A program made the position numbers and the translations under genes. Below the pieces are notes generated by a model, which was not told the DNA's origin, searched no databases, and saw only the letters and a program-made list of their open reading frames with translations. 64,000 bases of DNA from Armatimonadota bacterium (GTDB lineage: Bacteria; Armatimonadota; HRBIN16): positions 512,001 through 576,000 of the forward strand of contig OY781964.1 of NCBI GenBank assembly GCA_963677485.1, read 5' to 3'. Of the stretch, positions 9,795 through 20,049 are shown one piece after another. How positions within the stretch are numbered: position 1 is the first letter of the stretch; every line of letters begins with the position of its first letter.

Positions 9795-11717
9795 TTACCT
9801 CGTAGCCGCTCTAACCAAAAACTTCATAGCCGCCTCGGCGTTGACACCGGATGACCACATGTTCGCACGGATACTCGGACAGGTCGGCACGCCCTCATTA
9901 TCATAGTATTCATTCCAGCATCCTGCGGGGTCTATCGTGCCCATCATCGTGTGATAACAGGCCTCAGCAGCCTGATCATCCAACTCCGTAAGGCTCAGCA
10001 GCAGCAACCCGGTGTCGTAGCCCACAAACCCCTTACCGCCTGGCACGGTCGGTACCAGACCATTGGGCAGCTTGGCGGCTAATACACGATTGACCACCAC
10101 TTGCAGCTCATCACGGGTGATGATATCCGAACCCAGGTAATTCGGCAGCAAAGATACCGAGTGAACCTCAGTGCGTCCCTGTTTGTGAGCCGGCAATTCG
10201 CGTAACGTGGCCTGAGGGCTGATGTAGCGGCCGCTAGGTGTCCGTTCGGTCCACGAAAGCACGGGCACCGTGAGTGTTTCGCACACGCCATGCCGGAAAC
10301 GCGGTGCCGGCACCAGATCTTCGCGTAGCGGTTCATTCGCCCAGATGCGGTCTGTGGCTATAAAGTGTTCACGGTAAGCCGCACGGGCACGCTCTATATA
10401 CTGCCGATTCGTCTCAGCCTGTTGTTGGCTCCAGTAGCCATTGGTCTCCGCCCAGTTGACCAACCACTGCCCCGAGGTCTCAAATGCCATGGTGGTATCG
10501 GCCGACCCCTGGTTCAACCCCGAGCGCGGGAAGAATCCGCCTGCTACGTAGGTCTCATCACCGTTAAATGGCAGCATCCCGCCTGCCAGGTGCTTCAGTT
10601 GCACGTTGAAACACCATTCCAGCATCGGCCAGACGTCGCGCGCGATCTGGTCGCTGCCGACCTCAATCACGTAGTCACGCACTTGCAGAATAGTGTAAGC
10701 GGGACCCTCTACTTCGTCATTTTCGTGATTGTGACGGGCGCAGTTGGTTCCCATGGCCTCGGCGGTGAGTAGATTTCCAAAGTGCTGGTATTTATCATAC
10801 CGCCACCGAATCGCCCTTACGGCTTCTTCATACATCCCCAATGCCAGCATCCCGCGGGAGGCACCGTAGCCGTCGCGGATGTAGCCCATCTGAAGCACCG
10901 CACCCACGGTGCTGCCGCCCTCTTTGGAGGTCTGTGTGCGGATCATCACCGCGATACCATCCAGGTCCTCCCCAGCAGATCCGGTGATACACTGCAGCTC
11001 TGGCTTCGCCTGCAACCGACGTTGAGTGAACTGGTTCCAATAGTCACGGGTATAGGGCAGGAAGCTGACGGCACCAGCATCCTGCAGCCGCTCAGTATAG
11101 AGCACAGCGTTGGGGTATTCAGTGGCACCAACCATCGACATGCTGCCCTCTCCGGGCTGTAGTGAGACAACCATACTTCCATCGGGTCCAGCCTCTGCCG
11201 TGCAGGAGCCCTCAAATGTGATGATATAGTGGCTCCACAGCTCTGTGGGGTACTGCCCGCTGATCAACCCTCCGGGGCGTAGTATCAACTGCCACGAACC
11301 ACCCAGTGTGGGGCTGGGCTCAAACACACCGCTGCTCAGGGGACGGAAGACCCATCGGACGCCCTCATGTTCGCATTTAAAATGCCGGATGAAGGCTGAT
11401 ATCCCTGCCGCAGCATATTCGATGTATCGCATGGCCTCGACACCATTCAGGTTCAACTCATGGTGCCAGATGGCCGTATGCAGTTCGCGGCGTGCGGTGT
11501 CAATAACCAGACCATCGGCCTCCGTGTGGATGCTCATGGCGTTTGGCGCGCTGTATGGAGGCCCCCAAACCGTGGTGATATCTGCACCCTGAGCCATGAG
11601 CAGCATTTCGCCGTTGCCCATGCTGTGTACCGTGTCATGAAGTGGCAACGCACGCTGGTCGCTTCGCCAGGTTCGCGTTCTCTGGGTGAGGACTGGGGTA
11701 TGCTCAAACGGGTTCAT
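9795..11717 (-). CDS. six-hairpin glycosidase-like protein (GH15-like)
   Basis: 640 aa; YIRDGYGASRGMLALG resembles the WxRD motif of (alpha/alpha)6 glycosidases; C-terminal WNEYY ... NMWSSGVN. Confidence 0.6.
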   Translation of the reverse strand: MNPFEHTPVLTQRTRTWRSDQRALPLHDTVHSMGNGEMLLMAQGADITTVWGPPYSAPNAMSIHTEADGLVIDTARRELHTAIWHHELNLNGVEAMRYIEYAAAGISAFIRHFKCEHEGVRWVFRPLSSGVFEPSPTLGGSWQLILRPGGLISGQYPTELWSHYIITFEGSCTAEAGPDGSMVVSLQPGEGSMSMVGATEYPNAVLYTERLQDAGAVSFLPYTRDYWNQFTQRRLQAKPELQCITGSAGEDLDGIAVMIRTQTSKEGGSTVGAVLQMGYIRDGYGASRGMLALGMYEEAVRAIRWRYDKYQHFGNLLTAEAMGTNCARHNHENDEVEGPAYTILQVRDYVIEVGSDQIARDVWPMLEWCFNVQLKHLAGGMLPFNGDETYVAGGFFPRSGLNQGSADTTMAFETSGQWLVNWAETNGYWSQQQAETNRQYIERARAAYREHFIATDRIWANEPLREDLVPAPRFRHGVCETLTVPVLSWTERTPSGRYISPQATLRELPAHKQGRTEVHSVSLLPNYLGSDIITRDELQVVVNRVLAAKLPNGLVPTVPGGKGFVGYDTGLLLLSLTELDDQAAEACYHTMMGTIDPAGCWNEYYDNEGVPTCPSIRANMWSSGVNAEAAMKFLVRAATR

Positions 11718-11854
11718 TGTCTGCTCCTAGTGGCTGGGTAACTATTACCATCATTAAAATTATACTTAGGACACAGATACTGTATCGACCCGCGGGTCTA
11801 TACAAGCAGGATTCACCAACGTTTTGACACAATATAAGCTGGGGGAAAGTAGAT

Positions 11855-12601
11855 TTGATTTGGAGACTCATACATAGCCAGCCAGGCGGTGCCGCCTGGA
11901 ACATGGCACTCGACGAGGCGATTTTAGAATCTGTGATACGAGAGGACTCGATTCCTACTGTGCGCGTCTACAGTTGGGACCGTCCCTCAGTATCGCTGGG
12001 CAGGTTCCAACATGCTCACCGTGTGCTGAACGATGAGGTCATCCAACGGCACGATATCCCTGTGGTGAAGCGTCTCTCCGGTGGCAAAGCCGTGCTGCAC
12101 GGCCACGACATCACCATCTGCGTCTGTGCGTCCAGCAGCATCATGGGCGAGGCCCGCGGGGTTGTGGGCAGCCACCTTGCCATCACCAACGGATATGTAT
12201 CGGGGCTTGATCGGCTGGGCATGTCCACATTGGCCTCGCAGATTTCAGAGCGTCAAGAACTGGTAGGCCCCCACGCCAACTGCTTTGCAGCATCGGCAGC
12301 CGGCGATGTGACGACATCCGATGGCCTCAAACTGCTGGGTGGAGCCCAATACCGCCGGGGCGACTGCTTCATGGAACAGACGAGCGTACCCATCGCGCAG
12401 TGTGCTGACGCGCTGCGCGGCGTGTTGACGGACGGCATCGAGCTGCCGTTAACACCGTTATCCCAGTTCGGCATGGAGCAGATTGTGCAGTGCCTGCTTG
12501 ATGGTCTCGCCGAACAAATGCAGATAGAATGGCAGCCCTCGGAACCGACAGAGACCGAGTTGTCATTGGCAAGGCAGCTCAGTTTGGAATATGAACCTTA
12601 A
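11855..12601 (+). CDS. lipoate-protein ligase / octanoyltransferase (LplA/LipM family)
   Basis: WNMALDEAIL, SLGRFQ, VVKRLSGGKAVLH and KLLGGAQYR motifs. Confidence 0.88.
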   Translation: MIWRLIHSQPGGAAWNMALDEAILESVIREDSIPTVRVYSWDRPSVSLGRFQHAHRVLNDEVIQRHDIPVVKRLSGGKAVLHGHDITICVCASSSIMGEARGVVGSHLAITNGYVSGLDRLGMSTLASQISERQELVGPHANCFAASAAGDVTTSDGLKLLGGAQYRRGDCFMEQTSVPIAQCADALRGVLTDGIELPLTPLSQFGMEQIVQCLLDGLAEQMQIEWQPSEPTETELSLARQLSLEYEP

Positions 12602-12670
12602 TATGTGGCGTGCGATTTACAGGTGATGCGAGTAAAATAGACTTGGAGTAATCTGAATCTGGAGGGAGAC

Positions 12671-12949
12671 ATGGCCTACGTCATTACCGAGCCGTGCCAA
12701 CACTCTAAAGACGGTTCCTGCCAGAAGGTCTGTCCCGTAAAATGCATCCATCCCGGTGTTTACACTGACGACGATGGTGTGACTTACGACCAGCTCTTCA
12801 TCCATCCCGATGACTGCATAGACTGTGGTCTGTGCGTAGACGAGTGCCCGGTAGGGGCTATCTTTGCCGACCGAAAAGTTCCTGCAAAATGGAAGAAATA
12901 CGAACGAATCAACCGAGATGCCTTTGAAAGCGGACAGGTTGAGGGGTAA
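12671..12949 (+). CDS. dicluster ferredoxin (7Fe, FdxA-like)
   Basis: C-x7-CxxxCP plus CIDCGLCVDECP; SD GGAGGG. Confidence 0.9.
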   Translation: MAYVITEPCQHSKDGSCQKVCPVKCIHPGVYTDDDGVTYDQLFIHPDDCIDCGLCVDECPVGAIFADRKVPAKWKKYERINRDAFESGQVEG

Positions 12950-13033
12950 TCAGATCAGAACCGATCGCTTCATCGCTCTAGAGCGATTTTGTGATACCAT
13001 AAACTAAAAAATTTCCGGAGGTCAGCGACACAA

Positions 13034-13264
13034 GTGGCTTACGTAATAACCGACGATTGCACCACATGCCTCTCCTGCGTGGATGTATGCCCCACCGAGA
13101 GCATTCATGAGTTTGATGGCGAGGCTCAGGTCTTCATCAACCCCGATACATGCACCGACTGTGGTGCCTGCGAAGCCGAGTGCCCATCAGGCGCGATATT
13201 TGCCGATTTCGATCTGGCTGAAGATAAGAAGCAGTTCATTCAGATAAACGCTAGCAAATACTAA
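13034..13264 (+). CDS. 2x[4Fe-4S] ferredoxin
   Basis: CTTCLSCVDVCP and CTDCGACEAECP; SD GGAGG. Confidence 0.9.
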   Translation: MAYVITDDCTTCLSCVDVCPTESIHEFDGEAQVFINPDTCTDCGACEAECPSGAIFADFDLAEDKKQFIQINASKY

Positions 13265-13284
13265 ACTGCTTCCTTTGCAATAAC

Positions 13285-13313
13285 ATCGCCCGGGCTCTTG
13301 CTCGGGCGATTTT
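13285..13313 (+). terminator. intrinsic terminator after the ferredoxins
   Basis: ATCGCCCGGGC-TCTT-GCTCGGGCGAT hairpin followed by a short T run. Confidence 0.55.
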
Positions 13314-13335
13314 CATTATATAGATGAGGTGACCG

Positions 13336-14187
13336 ATGGATTGGATGCAGATATCAGTGGTGATCAATTCCTCCGCGCACGATGCCGTGAGTGAGTTATT
13401 CCAGCGCATGGGGTGTGCCGGTGCCTGGACGTTGGTCGACACCATCACAGCCTACCTGCCTGTGCTGCCAGAAAGCGAAGGCAAGCTGGAGCTGATCAAG
13501 AAGGAGATATCGCGCTTCACGGAGTATGGCCTCCCCTGCATGCAGCTCATCAGCGTGACGACCGTTAAAGAGGAAGAATGGGCTGAAAGCTGGAAGGAAT
13601 ACTTCAACCCGCAGCGCATAGGCAAAAACCTGGTCATCTGCCCAAGCTGGCGAGAGTTCGAGGCACAGCCAAGTGATGTGGTGATACAGATGGACCCCGG
13701 CATGGCATTTGGCACTGGACAGCACCCCACCACCCAGCTCTGCGCGGTGTGGCTGGAGGAGCTGGTGATACCCGGAACCACCGTGGTGGATGTGGGCACA
13801 GGCAGCGGGATTCTGGCCATCTGGGCTGCGAAGCTGGGTGCCGAATTGGTCTGGGCCGGTGACGTCGACGCTGTCGCTGGCGAAGTAGCCGAGGAAAATG
13901 TTCGCCTCAATGGCGTGTCCGACAAGGTGAGCGTGCATGTGGCCTCGGGCCTGTCCGATGCGCCGGACTGTGACCTGCTGGTCGCCAACATCATCGCAGA
14001 CGTGATCCTGCCGATGCTGCCGGAGTTCGCTTCGCGGGTGAAGCCCGGTGGACGCATCCTGCTGAGCGGCATCGTGGATTTCCGCGCGGACGAAATTGTG
14101 GAGGCCATGAAACAAGCAGGCTTTACGGATATCGTCGTGCGGGCAGACGGTGACTGGCGCGCCTTCACCGGTCTGAGAGGCGAATGA
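13336..14187 (+). CDS. prmA: ribosomal protein L11 methyltransferase
   Basis: WAESWKEYF, DPGMAFGTGQHPTT, DVGTGSGIL, VANII and LLSGI motifs. Confidence 0.95.
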   Translation: MDWMQISVVINSSAHDAVSELFQRMGCAGAWTLVDTITAYLPVLPESEGKLELIKKEISRFTEYGLPCMQLISVTTVKEEEWAESWKEYFNPQRIGKNLVICPSWREFEAQPSDVVIQMDPGMAFGTGQHPTTQLCAVWLEELVIPGTTVVDVGTGSGILAIWAAKLGAELVWAGDVDAVAGEVAEENVRLNGVSDKVSVHVASGLSDAPDCDLLVANIIADVILPMLPEFASRVKPGGRILLSGIVDFRADEIVEAMKQAGFTDIVVRADGDWRAFTGLRGE

Positions 14188-14188
14188 G

Positions 14189-14911
14189 GTGCATCGCTTT
14201 TTTGTGAGTGCCTCTCAAATCGTGAATGGTCTTGGTCTGGTGATCGGCGATGACGCCCGGCAGATCCGCGCTGTGCTGAAGTTGAGCGTGGGAGAGCAGA
14301 TCATGCTGCTGGACGGCACCGGCATGGAGTATTCAGGCCCCATCGTGGAGATCGACCTGCAGCACGTGCAGATGGCGGTAGAACAGTCAGAGATAGGCAG
14401 TAGTGAGCCTGCATGTAAAATCACGCTGATGCAGGCGCTCATCAAGGCGGAAAAGATGGAGAGCGTGTTTCAAAAAGGCACGCAGTTGGGGGCCAGCCGG
14501 TTCCGGCTGTTGCAGAACTTCCGCTCCATCGTGAAACTGCACCCTGATGAGGCAGATAAAAAGCGTCCCCGCTGGGAGCGCATCCTGAAGGAAGCCGCCG
14601 AGCAGAGCCAGCGCTGCATCATCCCCTCCTTTGACGGAATCTCCACCTGGCGGCAGCTGCTGGCCGGCTGGCCGTCGCACCCCGTGCTGATGCTGCACCC
14701 CTCACCAGGCGCCACCCCGCTGGGTGCCTGGCGTACCGTAAACCCCGATGTGGAGGAGCTGACGGTAATGGTAGGCCCCGAGGGCGGTTACACCGACCAG
14801 GAGCTCAGCGAGGCCTTCGCCAAAGGCGCTGTAATTGTGACCATGGGTCCCCGTGTGCTGCGCACCGAGCTGGCTGGCCCCGCCATCCTCGCCCGGCTGT
14901 TGATCGAGTGA
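14189..14911 (+). CDS. rsmE: 16S rRNA m3U1498 methyltransferase
   Basis: MHRFF start, EAAEQSQR, VGPEGG and GPRVLRTELA; follows prmA. Confidence 0.95.
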   Translation: MHRFFVSASQIVNGLGLVIGDDARQIRAVLKLSVGEQIMLLDGTGMEYSGPIVEIDLQHVQMAVEQSEIGSSEPACKITLMQALIKAEKMESVFQKGTQLGASRFRLLQNFRSIVKLHPDEADKKRPRWERILKEAAEQSQRCIIPSFDGISTWRQLLAGWPSHPVLMLHPSPGATPLGAWRTVNPDVEELTVMVGPEGGYTDQELSEAFAKGAVIVTMGPRVLRTELAGPAILARLLIE

Positions 14912-14980
14912 TGGGTTGTGTCGGGTTTGGCCGGTGGGCTACCGACGCTTCTTTTGACGGGTTGCATTTAGGGGTGATTT

Positions 14981-15095
14981 CGTAGGGACGACCCTGGTGG
15001 TCGTCCGAAATTGGTGTGTGGTGACAATCCACATTCGCAGGTAACAGGCCAGCGTCCACGGTTGTTTTCGGACGGCCACAAGGGCCGTCCCTACG
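14981..15095. repeat. inverted pair of GTAG-type REP elements
   Basis: GTAGGGACGACCCTGGTGGTCGTCC ... GGACGGCCACAAGGGCCGTCCCTAC. Confidence 0.75.
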
Positions 15096-15177
15096 GCCGG
15101 AGAACATAGGCCTACATCACACACCCAAATGGGGGTCGACCGTATGTACCCAATAAAACCTGGGCCAGGAGAGTCGT

Positions 15178-16971
15178 ATGCCGGAAACACGCGTTTTTGA
15201 AATCAAAAACTACGGAGCCGTAGGCGACGGTCGGCACGACGACGGTCCTGCGATCCGCCAAGCTCTGGCGGACATCGCCCGCCGAAGCCAAACCTCCGGC
15301 AAACAGACCCTCACCCTGCGATTCGAACCCAAGCATGTTTACCGCATCGGGGCCTGGGATGAGCGCTGGGAGGCACTTCCGCTCATCGAGGCACAGAACG
15401 TGGTGCTGGACGGCCGAGGCTGCGAACTGCTTGTCCACCCGAAAAACATGTGCTTCAGCATCCTGAGGTGCTCCAAGATCACACTCAGGAACTTCGTCAT
15501 CGACTACTCCCCTCTCCCGTTCAGCCAAGGCGTGGTGACCGCCATCAATCCCGACGGCAGCTTCTTCTGGCGTCTGGACGCCGGTTACCCGAAACCTCAT
15601 GACCCCGACTGGGTGGCGAAAGAGGGTCAGGGCTACGACCACGGCTGTTTTACTCAGCCCGACGGAACCTACACCCACCACTGGTGTTATGTGATGCAGG
15701 TGCTTCCTGAGAACCTGTCAGCGGGTATCTATCGAATCATCCCGCGGGCGGACATGGCGAATGTGGTGCAAACCAATGTCAAGGTTGGACAGCGGTTTTG
15801 GTTCTTCATGGACTACAACAACAAACAAGAGCACGCAGGCCGGTTCAAACAAGAACCCAACGCCAAGGGTTATCGCGTGGAAAGCGCCCCTGTGGCCAGC
15901 ATCCAACTGCGATACAGCCCAGGATGTGTGCTGGAGAACATCACGAGCTACATCTCCCCCAGAATGACCCTTCGGCACGACTTCTGCGATGAGCTCAAAA
16001 TACGCAACCTCAAGATCATGCGCCGACCAGGCACCAACCGCATCTGTGCCAGTAACTCCGACGGCATCCACGGCCGAAGCCACCGAGGCCCGCTGATAGA
16101 GAACTGCTTCTTTGAGGCTCTGGGCGATGACAGTATCAACATCAATAAATTGCCGCACCGCATCTGGGAGGTGAACAGTTCCTGCAAGCTCACACTTCTC
16201 TACACCGAAATCGTGTGGTATCCAAGCTGGCTCAGCACGGGTTTTCGTATCGCGTTCTGGGACCCTATTCAAAAGAAGATCATCGCCGAACGGCGCATCA
16301 CCAGCCACGAATGGGACGGGCTGCTGTCGCGAATCACGCTGGATGCCCCAATTGAGGGCCTGACCGCCACCGACCACACCAAGCCGACCAGTCCCACGGA
16401 GGTGTTGGCATACCTGATCCCCGAGGGCACAGCCATTATTCGAGGATGTGATTTCCGCAGCCAGCTCAAGGAGGCCTGCTTGGTGGAGGGGCCGTTGCTG
16501 ATTGAAAACAACCGCATGAGCGGTACCGCCTACGGCATCCACTGCCTGGGATACATCACCAACCTCACCTTCCGGAACAACACCATCGAGGGTGCGTGGC
16601 CATTCGCCATCGGTGTCACCGCCGTCGATGGTGACACCGAACACGCAAAAATCCGCATTGTGAACAACAAAATCACTATGAAAGCGGTCGGCTCGAATCC
16701 GATCGCACAAGCGCTTATTCTGAACAGCCAGCAAGCGGTTGAGATATCCGGCAACATAATAACCCTTGAGGCCGACACGCCCGCTCAAACCGTGCCCATC
16801 CAACTGGAGCACTGCGCCAAGGTTCGGATGAGCCGCAACCGGATTGTGGATAAGCGGTCGGCTCCGTCGCAGGCCGAGGTTGTGACCATCGGTATGAAAC
16901 CATCGCAATGTACTATGACAGACAACCGCATTCAAGCGGCTCATAATGTGACCACCCGGGAGGATCGATAA
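15178..16971 (+). CDS. right-handed beta-helix glycosidase (GH110-like)
   Basis: YGAVGDGRHDDGPAI, IDYSPLPFSQG, SNSDGIH and IENCFFEALGDDSIN; PbH1-type repeats. Confidence 0.75.
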   Translation: MPETRVFEIKNYGAVGDGRHDDGPAIRQALADIARRSQTSGKQTLTLRFEPKHVYRIGAWDERWEALPLIEAQNVVLDGRGCELLVHPKNMCFSILRCSKITLRNFVIDYSPLPFSQGVVTAINPDGSFFWRLDAGYPKPHDPDWVAKEGQGYDHGCFTQPDGTYTHHWCYVMQVLPENLSAGIYRIIPRADMANVVQTNVKVGQRFWFFMDYNNKQEHAGRFKQEPNAKGYRVESAPVASIQLRYSPGCVLENITSYISPRMTLRHDFCDELKIRNLKIMRRPGTNRICASNSDGIHGRSHRGPLIENCFFEALGDDSININKLPHRIWEVNSSCKLTLLYTEIVWYPSWLSTGFRIAFWDPIQKKIIAERRITSHEWDGLLSRITLDAPIEGLTATDHTKPTSPTEVLAYLIPEGTAIIRGCDFRSQLKEACLVEGPLLIENNRMSGTAYGIHCLGYITNLTFRNNTIEGAWPFAIGVTAVDGDTEHAKIRIVNNKITMKAVGSNPIAQALILNSQQAVEISGNIITLEADTPAQTVPIQLEHCAKVRMSRNRIVDKRSAPSQAEVVTIGMKPSQCTMTDNRIQAAHNVTTREDR

Positions 16972-18750
16972 ATGAAGCTTTACCTGTGTATTTTTGTTTT
17001 CATCACGCTGGTATATAGCCAGGCCATCGCTGCGGGTAAAAATCTGGCACCTAACGATCAGTTTTCAAAGAGCACCGAAGGCTGGGGTTGCTACGGGGGT
17101 CGGATTTCCTGGGCGCCGAATGATGGCCACGCAGGTACAGGCTGCGTGCTGGTGTCGAAGCGAACAGATATGGGGCATGGGCTGACTCTGAGCACCAAAG
17201 GAAAACTGACACCAGGGGTGGTCTACAAATACACCGCGTGGGTCAAGCCCAAGGCCAACCAGGCGAGTTATATCAACATCAGCTTGTACACGCATGATTC
17301 AGAGGGGCAACGCTGGGTGAACACAGGCAGCCAGATGGTGCAACCCGGACAGTGGAACGCCATCTGGGGTGATCTGCAAACTCCGGCACCGCGCGGCGAG
17401 CTGCAGGACCAGGTGGTGACGATCGGCGGCGCCTCTGTGGGTATGGAGTTCTATGTCGACGATGTGAGTATCACTCGGGCCGATGCTCATACGGAACAGG
17501 TGACCGTTGACTGCACGAAGACAATCGGCAAGGCCACGGCGCGCGGGATAGGCTTCTTGTTTGGTGTGACTGCCACCGAGCCGGATGCCTCGCTGTTTGA
17601 GGCATTGAACCCCAAGCTGGTGCGGCACCGAGCGATGACAAACGGTGGAGCTCCGTGGGGCAAAGACACAGGTTTCCCATCAGAACCCTTCATGAAGCGC
17701 ATCGCGCAGGCTGGTGCTAAGAGTCAAATTGTGTTGAGTGATGAATACTGCTGGGTCTATGGGTATCACGCCCAATGGGGATGGCCTGGCGACGCGGTTC
17801 ATGATGGTCTGCAGCCGTTTGATCTGCTGGACCGCACCATCGAGACGGTCTACCGACAAAGTGTGGAGAAGGGCTACCAGATTGAATGGGACTTGTGGAA
17901 CGAGCCCGACTACAAAGACTTCTGGGAACGCGACCTTCAGCAGTATCTGGCCACATGGAAACACGCCTACGCGAAAGTGCGCAGCCTTGACCCCAAGGCG
18001 ACCATCGTAGGGCCCAGCAACGCCTATTTCACCAAAGATGGTGTACCGGGCGTGTTCATCAAGCAGTTCCTCACCTTCTGTAAGCAAAACAACTGCCTGC
18101 CGGATGTGCTGAGCTGGCATGAGATGGACAACTTCCGCGACCTGCCCCGCCAGATCCAACTGGTGAAAGCGTTCATGAAAGCCAGCAAGATCAAGCCGAT
18201 ACCTATCGACATCAACGAGTATGTGGGCGATGACTACACCCGTCGGCCCGGCGTCTACCCATGGTTCTGGTCCGTGATGGAGACCGAGGACATCCGGTAT
18301 GCGGCCCACGCCTGCTGGAAGGATGCCGATGATAAGCTGACCATGATGGACGGCCGGCTGGACGGGCTTGTCACCGCACCGCCCTACAGACCGCTAGCCT
18401 CCTGGCAGGTGACAAAAGCTTACAGCCAGATGCAGGGTGAGCTTCTCACGGTCAAAAACGGGGATGCTGTGGGAGGGCTGGCCTGCCGCAACAGAGGCGA
18501 TATGGTGACAGTGCTGTTGGGCAACTCATCGATGAGCCCGCAACACACGGTGCTGAGTCTCAAGGGGCTGCGTCAGCAAGGCAGCGCGGTGCTGGTGATA
18601 CAGCGCATCCCCGACACAGGCTGGGTAAGTGTGCCGTTGCCGGCACGTGAGCAGAGCGATGTGATGGTGAAGAACGGTAAACTCACGCTGCCGCTGGAGC
18701 TGGCGCCTTACGAGGCGGTATCCGTGCGGGTGGTCACGCTGGGGAAGTGA
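16972..18750 (+). CDS. secreted GH39-like glycosidase with an N-terminal CBM4/9-like domain
   Basis: Signal peptide; FYVDDVSI CBM end; WNEPD, SWHE and INEY clan GH-A motifs. Confidence 0.75.
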   Translation: MKLYLCIFVFITLVYSQAIAAGKNLAPNDQFSKSTEGWGCYGGRISWAPNDGHAGTGCVLVSKRTDMGHGLTLSTKGKLTPGVVYKYTAWVKPKANQASYINISLYTHDSEGQRWVNTGSQMVQPGQWNAIWGDLQTPAPRGELQDQVVTIGGASVGMEFYVDDVSITRADAHTEQVTVDCTKTIGKATARGIGFLFGVTATEPDASLFEALNPKLVRHRAMTNGGAPWGKDTGFPSEPFMKRIAQAGAKSQIVLSDEYCWVYGYHAQWGWPGDAVHDGLQPFDLLDRTIETVYRQSVEKGYQIEWDLWNEPDYKDFWERDLQQYLATWKHAYAKVRSLDPKATIVGPSNAYFTKDGVPGVFIKQFLTFCKQNNCLPDVLSWHEMDNFRDLPRQIQLVKAFMKASKIKPIPIDINEYVGDDYTRRPGVYPWFWSVMETEDIRYAAHACWKDADDKLTMMDGRLDGLVTAPPYRPLASWQVTKAYSQMQGELLTVKNGDAVGGLACRNRGDMVTVLLGNSSMSPQHTVLSLKGLRQQGSAVLVIQRIPDTGWVSVPLPAREQSDVMVKNGKLTLPLELAPYEAVSVRVVTLGK

Positions 18751-18753
18751 TGT

Positions 18754-18817
18754 ATCGGACGGATATGGCGGATCGGACCAATGGATATATCGGTCCAATC
18801 CGTCGGATCCGTCCGAT
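18754..18817. repeat. inverted pair of 9-bp-period triple repeats (CGGAT family)
   Basis: ATCGGACGGATATGGCGGATCGGACCAAT ... ATCGGTCCAATCCGTCGGATCCGTCCGAT; a related single copy lies at about 22191-22216. Confidence 0.7.
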
Positions 18818-18879
18818 GAATTTGGGGCACGGTATGGTAGGCAAGGCAACCACAGGTTTGGGCACGGCGCGCCGTGCCC

Positions 18880-20049
18880 CTACTCGGCTTGCCAGATGTC
18901 GCCGCTGACCAACACGAGGTCGTCCTTGTGGATCACTTCATCGCGCCGCTTAAATCCTAGTTTTGAGGAAATTTCAGTGGTGCGATGGCCCTTTATCAGC
19001 CGTAACTCGGATTCGCCATAGTTGGCAAAACCGCGGGCGAAAGTCTGCCCGTTCATGTCGCGCACATCAATAAGGTCGCGAGGCTGGAACCATCCGCCGC
19101 ACTCCAGAATGCCGGCAGGCAGCACGCTGCGGTGTTCATCACTGATAGCCACCCTAGCGCGGGCATCCACCACAATATACCCCTTTGCGGGAAGACCGTA
19201 AGCGATCCATCGGGCACGCTGACGTAACGGCGTCGGCTGCGGGTGGAATGTGGTGCCTAAAGGCTCCCCTGCCACGATTCTCTCGATCACATGCGGTGCG
19301 CGGCCGTGTGCGATCACCATTGGCACCCCGCTGCTCATGGAAATCTGGGCGGAGCGCAGTTTCGTGCGCATCCCGCCGGTACCTTGAGCAGTGCCTGCTC
19401 CACCGGCAATCCGCCAGAGATCGTCATCAAGCTGGGTGATATCCTTGATCATCTGGGGTGGATCGCCATCTTGGGTTTCATCATATTCCGACGGGTTACG
19501 GTCGTATAGTCCGTCGACATCGCTCAGAATAATCAGCTTTTCGGCATCCAACAAACTGGCCACCATGGCAGCCAGGGTGTCGTTATCGCCGAACCGTATC
19601 TGCTCAGTGCTGATGGTGTCATTCTCATTCAAAATGGGGATGGCCCGCATATCCAGCAGCGCCTGCAACCATTCGCGCGCCTTCAAGAAGCGGTTGCGCT
19701 CTTCAAAATCACTTCGCGTGACCAGCACCTGCCCCACTGGGATGCCGCTGCGGTTGAAGGCATGCATGTATTCCTGCATCAAAAACGGCTGTCCCAATGC
19801 CGCCAAAGCGTGCTTCAACAGCTTTTGGCCGGGTGCAGCCGCATACTTGGTTTGATGAAGGATATGCTGGCTCCAGACCTCGCGGCCGGCGGAGACAGCT
19901 CCGCTGCTGACCAGGGCGACATTACGCCCCTCGTGGTATAGCCGCGCACATTGCGCGGCTAACGAGGAGATGGAGTTACGGTCCAGCAGGCCGTCAGGCC
20001 CCGTGAGGGTGCTTGTACCCACCTTCACGACTACCAGATTGCTGCTCAT
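18880..20049 (-). CDS. proB: glutamate 5-kinase
   Basis: VVKVGTS, VSSGAV, NENDT, FGDNDTLAA and GTGGMRTK motifs; C-terminal PUA domain. Confidence 0.96.
   Translation of the reverse strand: MSSNLVVVKVGTSTLTGPDGLLDRNSISSLAAQCARLYHEGRNVALVSSGAVSAGREVWSQHILHQTKYAAAPGQKLLKHALAALGQPFLMQEYMHAFNRSGIPVGQVLVTRSDFEERNRFLKAREWLQALLDMRAIPILNENDTISTEQIRFGDNDTLAAMVASLLDAEKLIILSDVDGLYDRNPSEYDETQDGDPPQMIKDITQLDDDLWRIAGGAGTAQGTGGMRTKLRSAQISMSSGVPMVIAHGRAPHVIERIVAGEPLGTTFHPQPTPLRQRARWIAYGLPAKGYIVVDARARVAISDEHRSVLPAGILECGGWFQPRDLIDVRDMNGQTFARGFANYGESELRLIKGHRTTEISSKLGFKRRDEVIHKDDLVLVSGDIWQAE

Noticed and set aside
15718-16944. Long antisense ORFs (also 40401-41438 and 44694-45773)
   Set aside because: They are shadows of well-supported genes on the opposite strand in GC-rich DNA.
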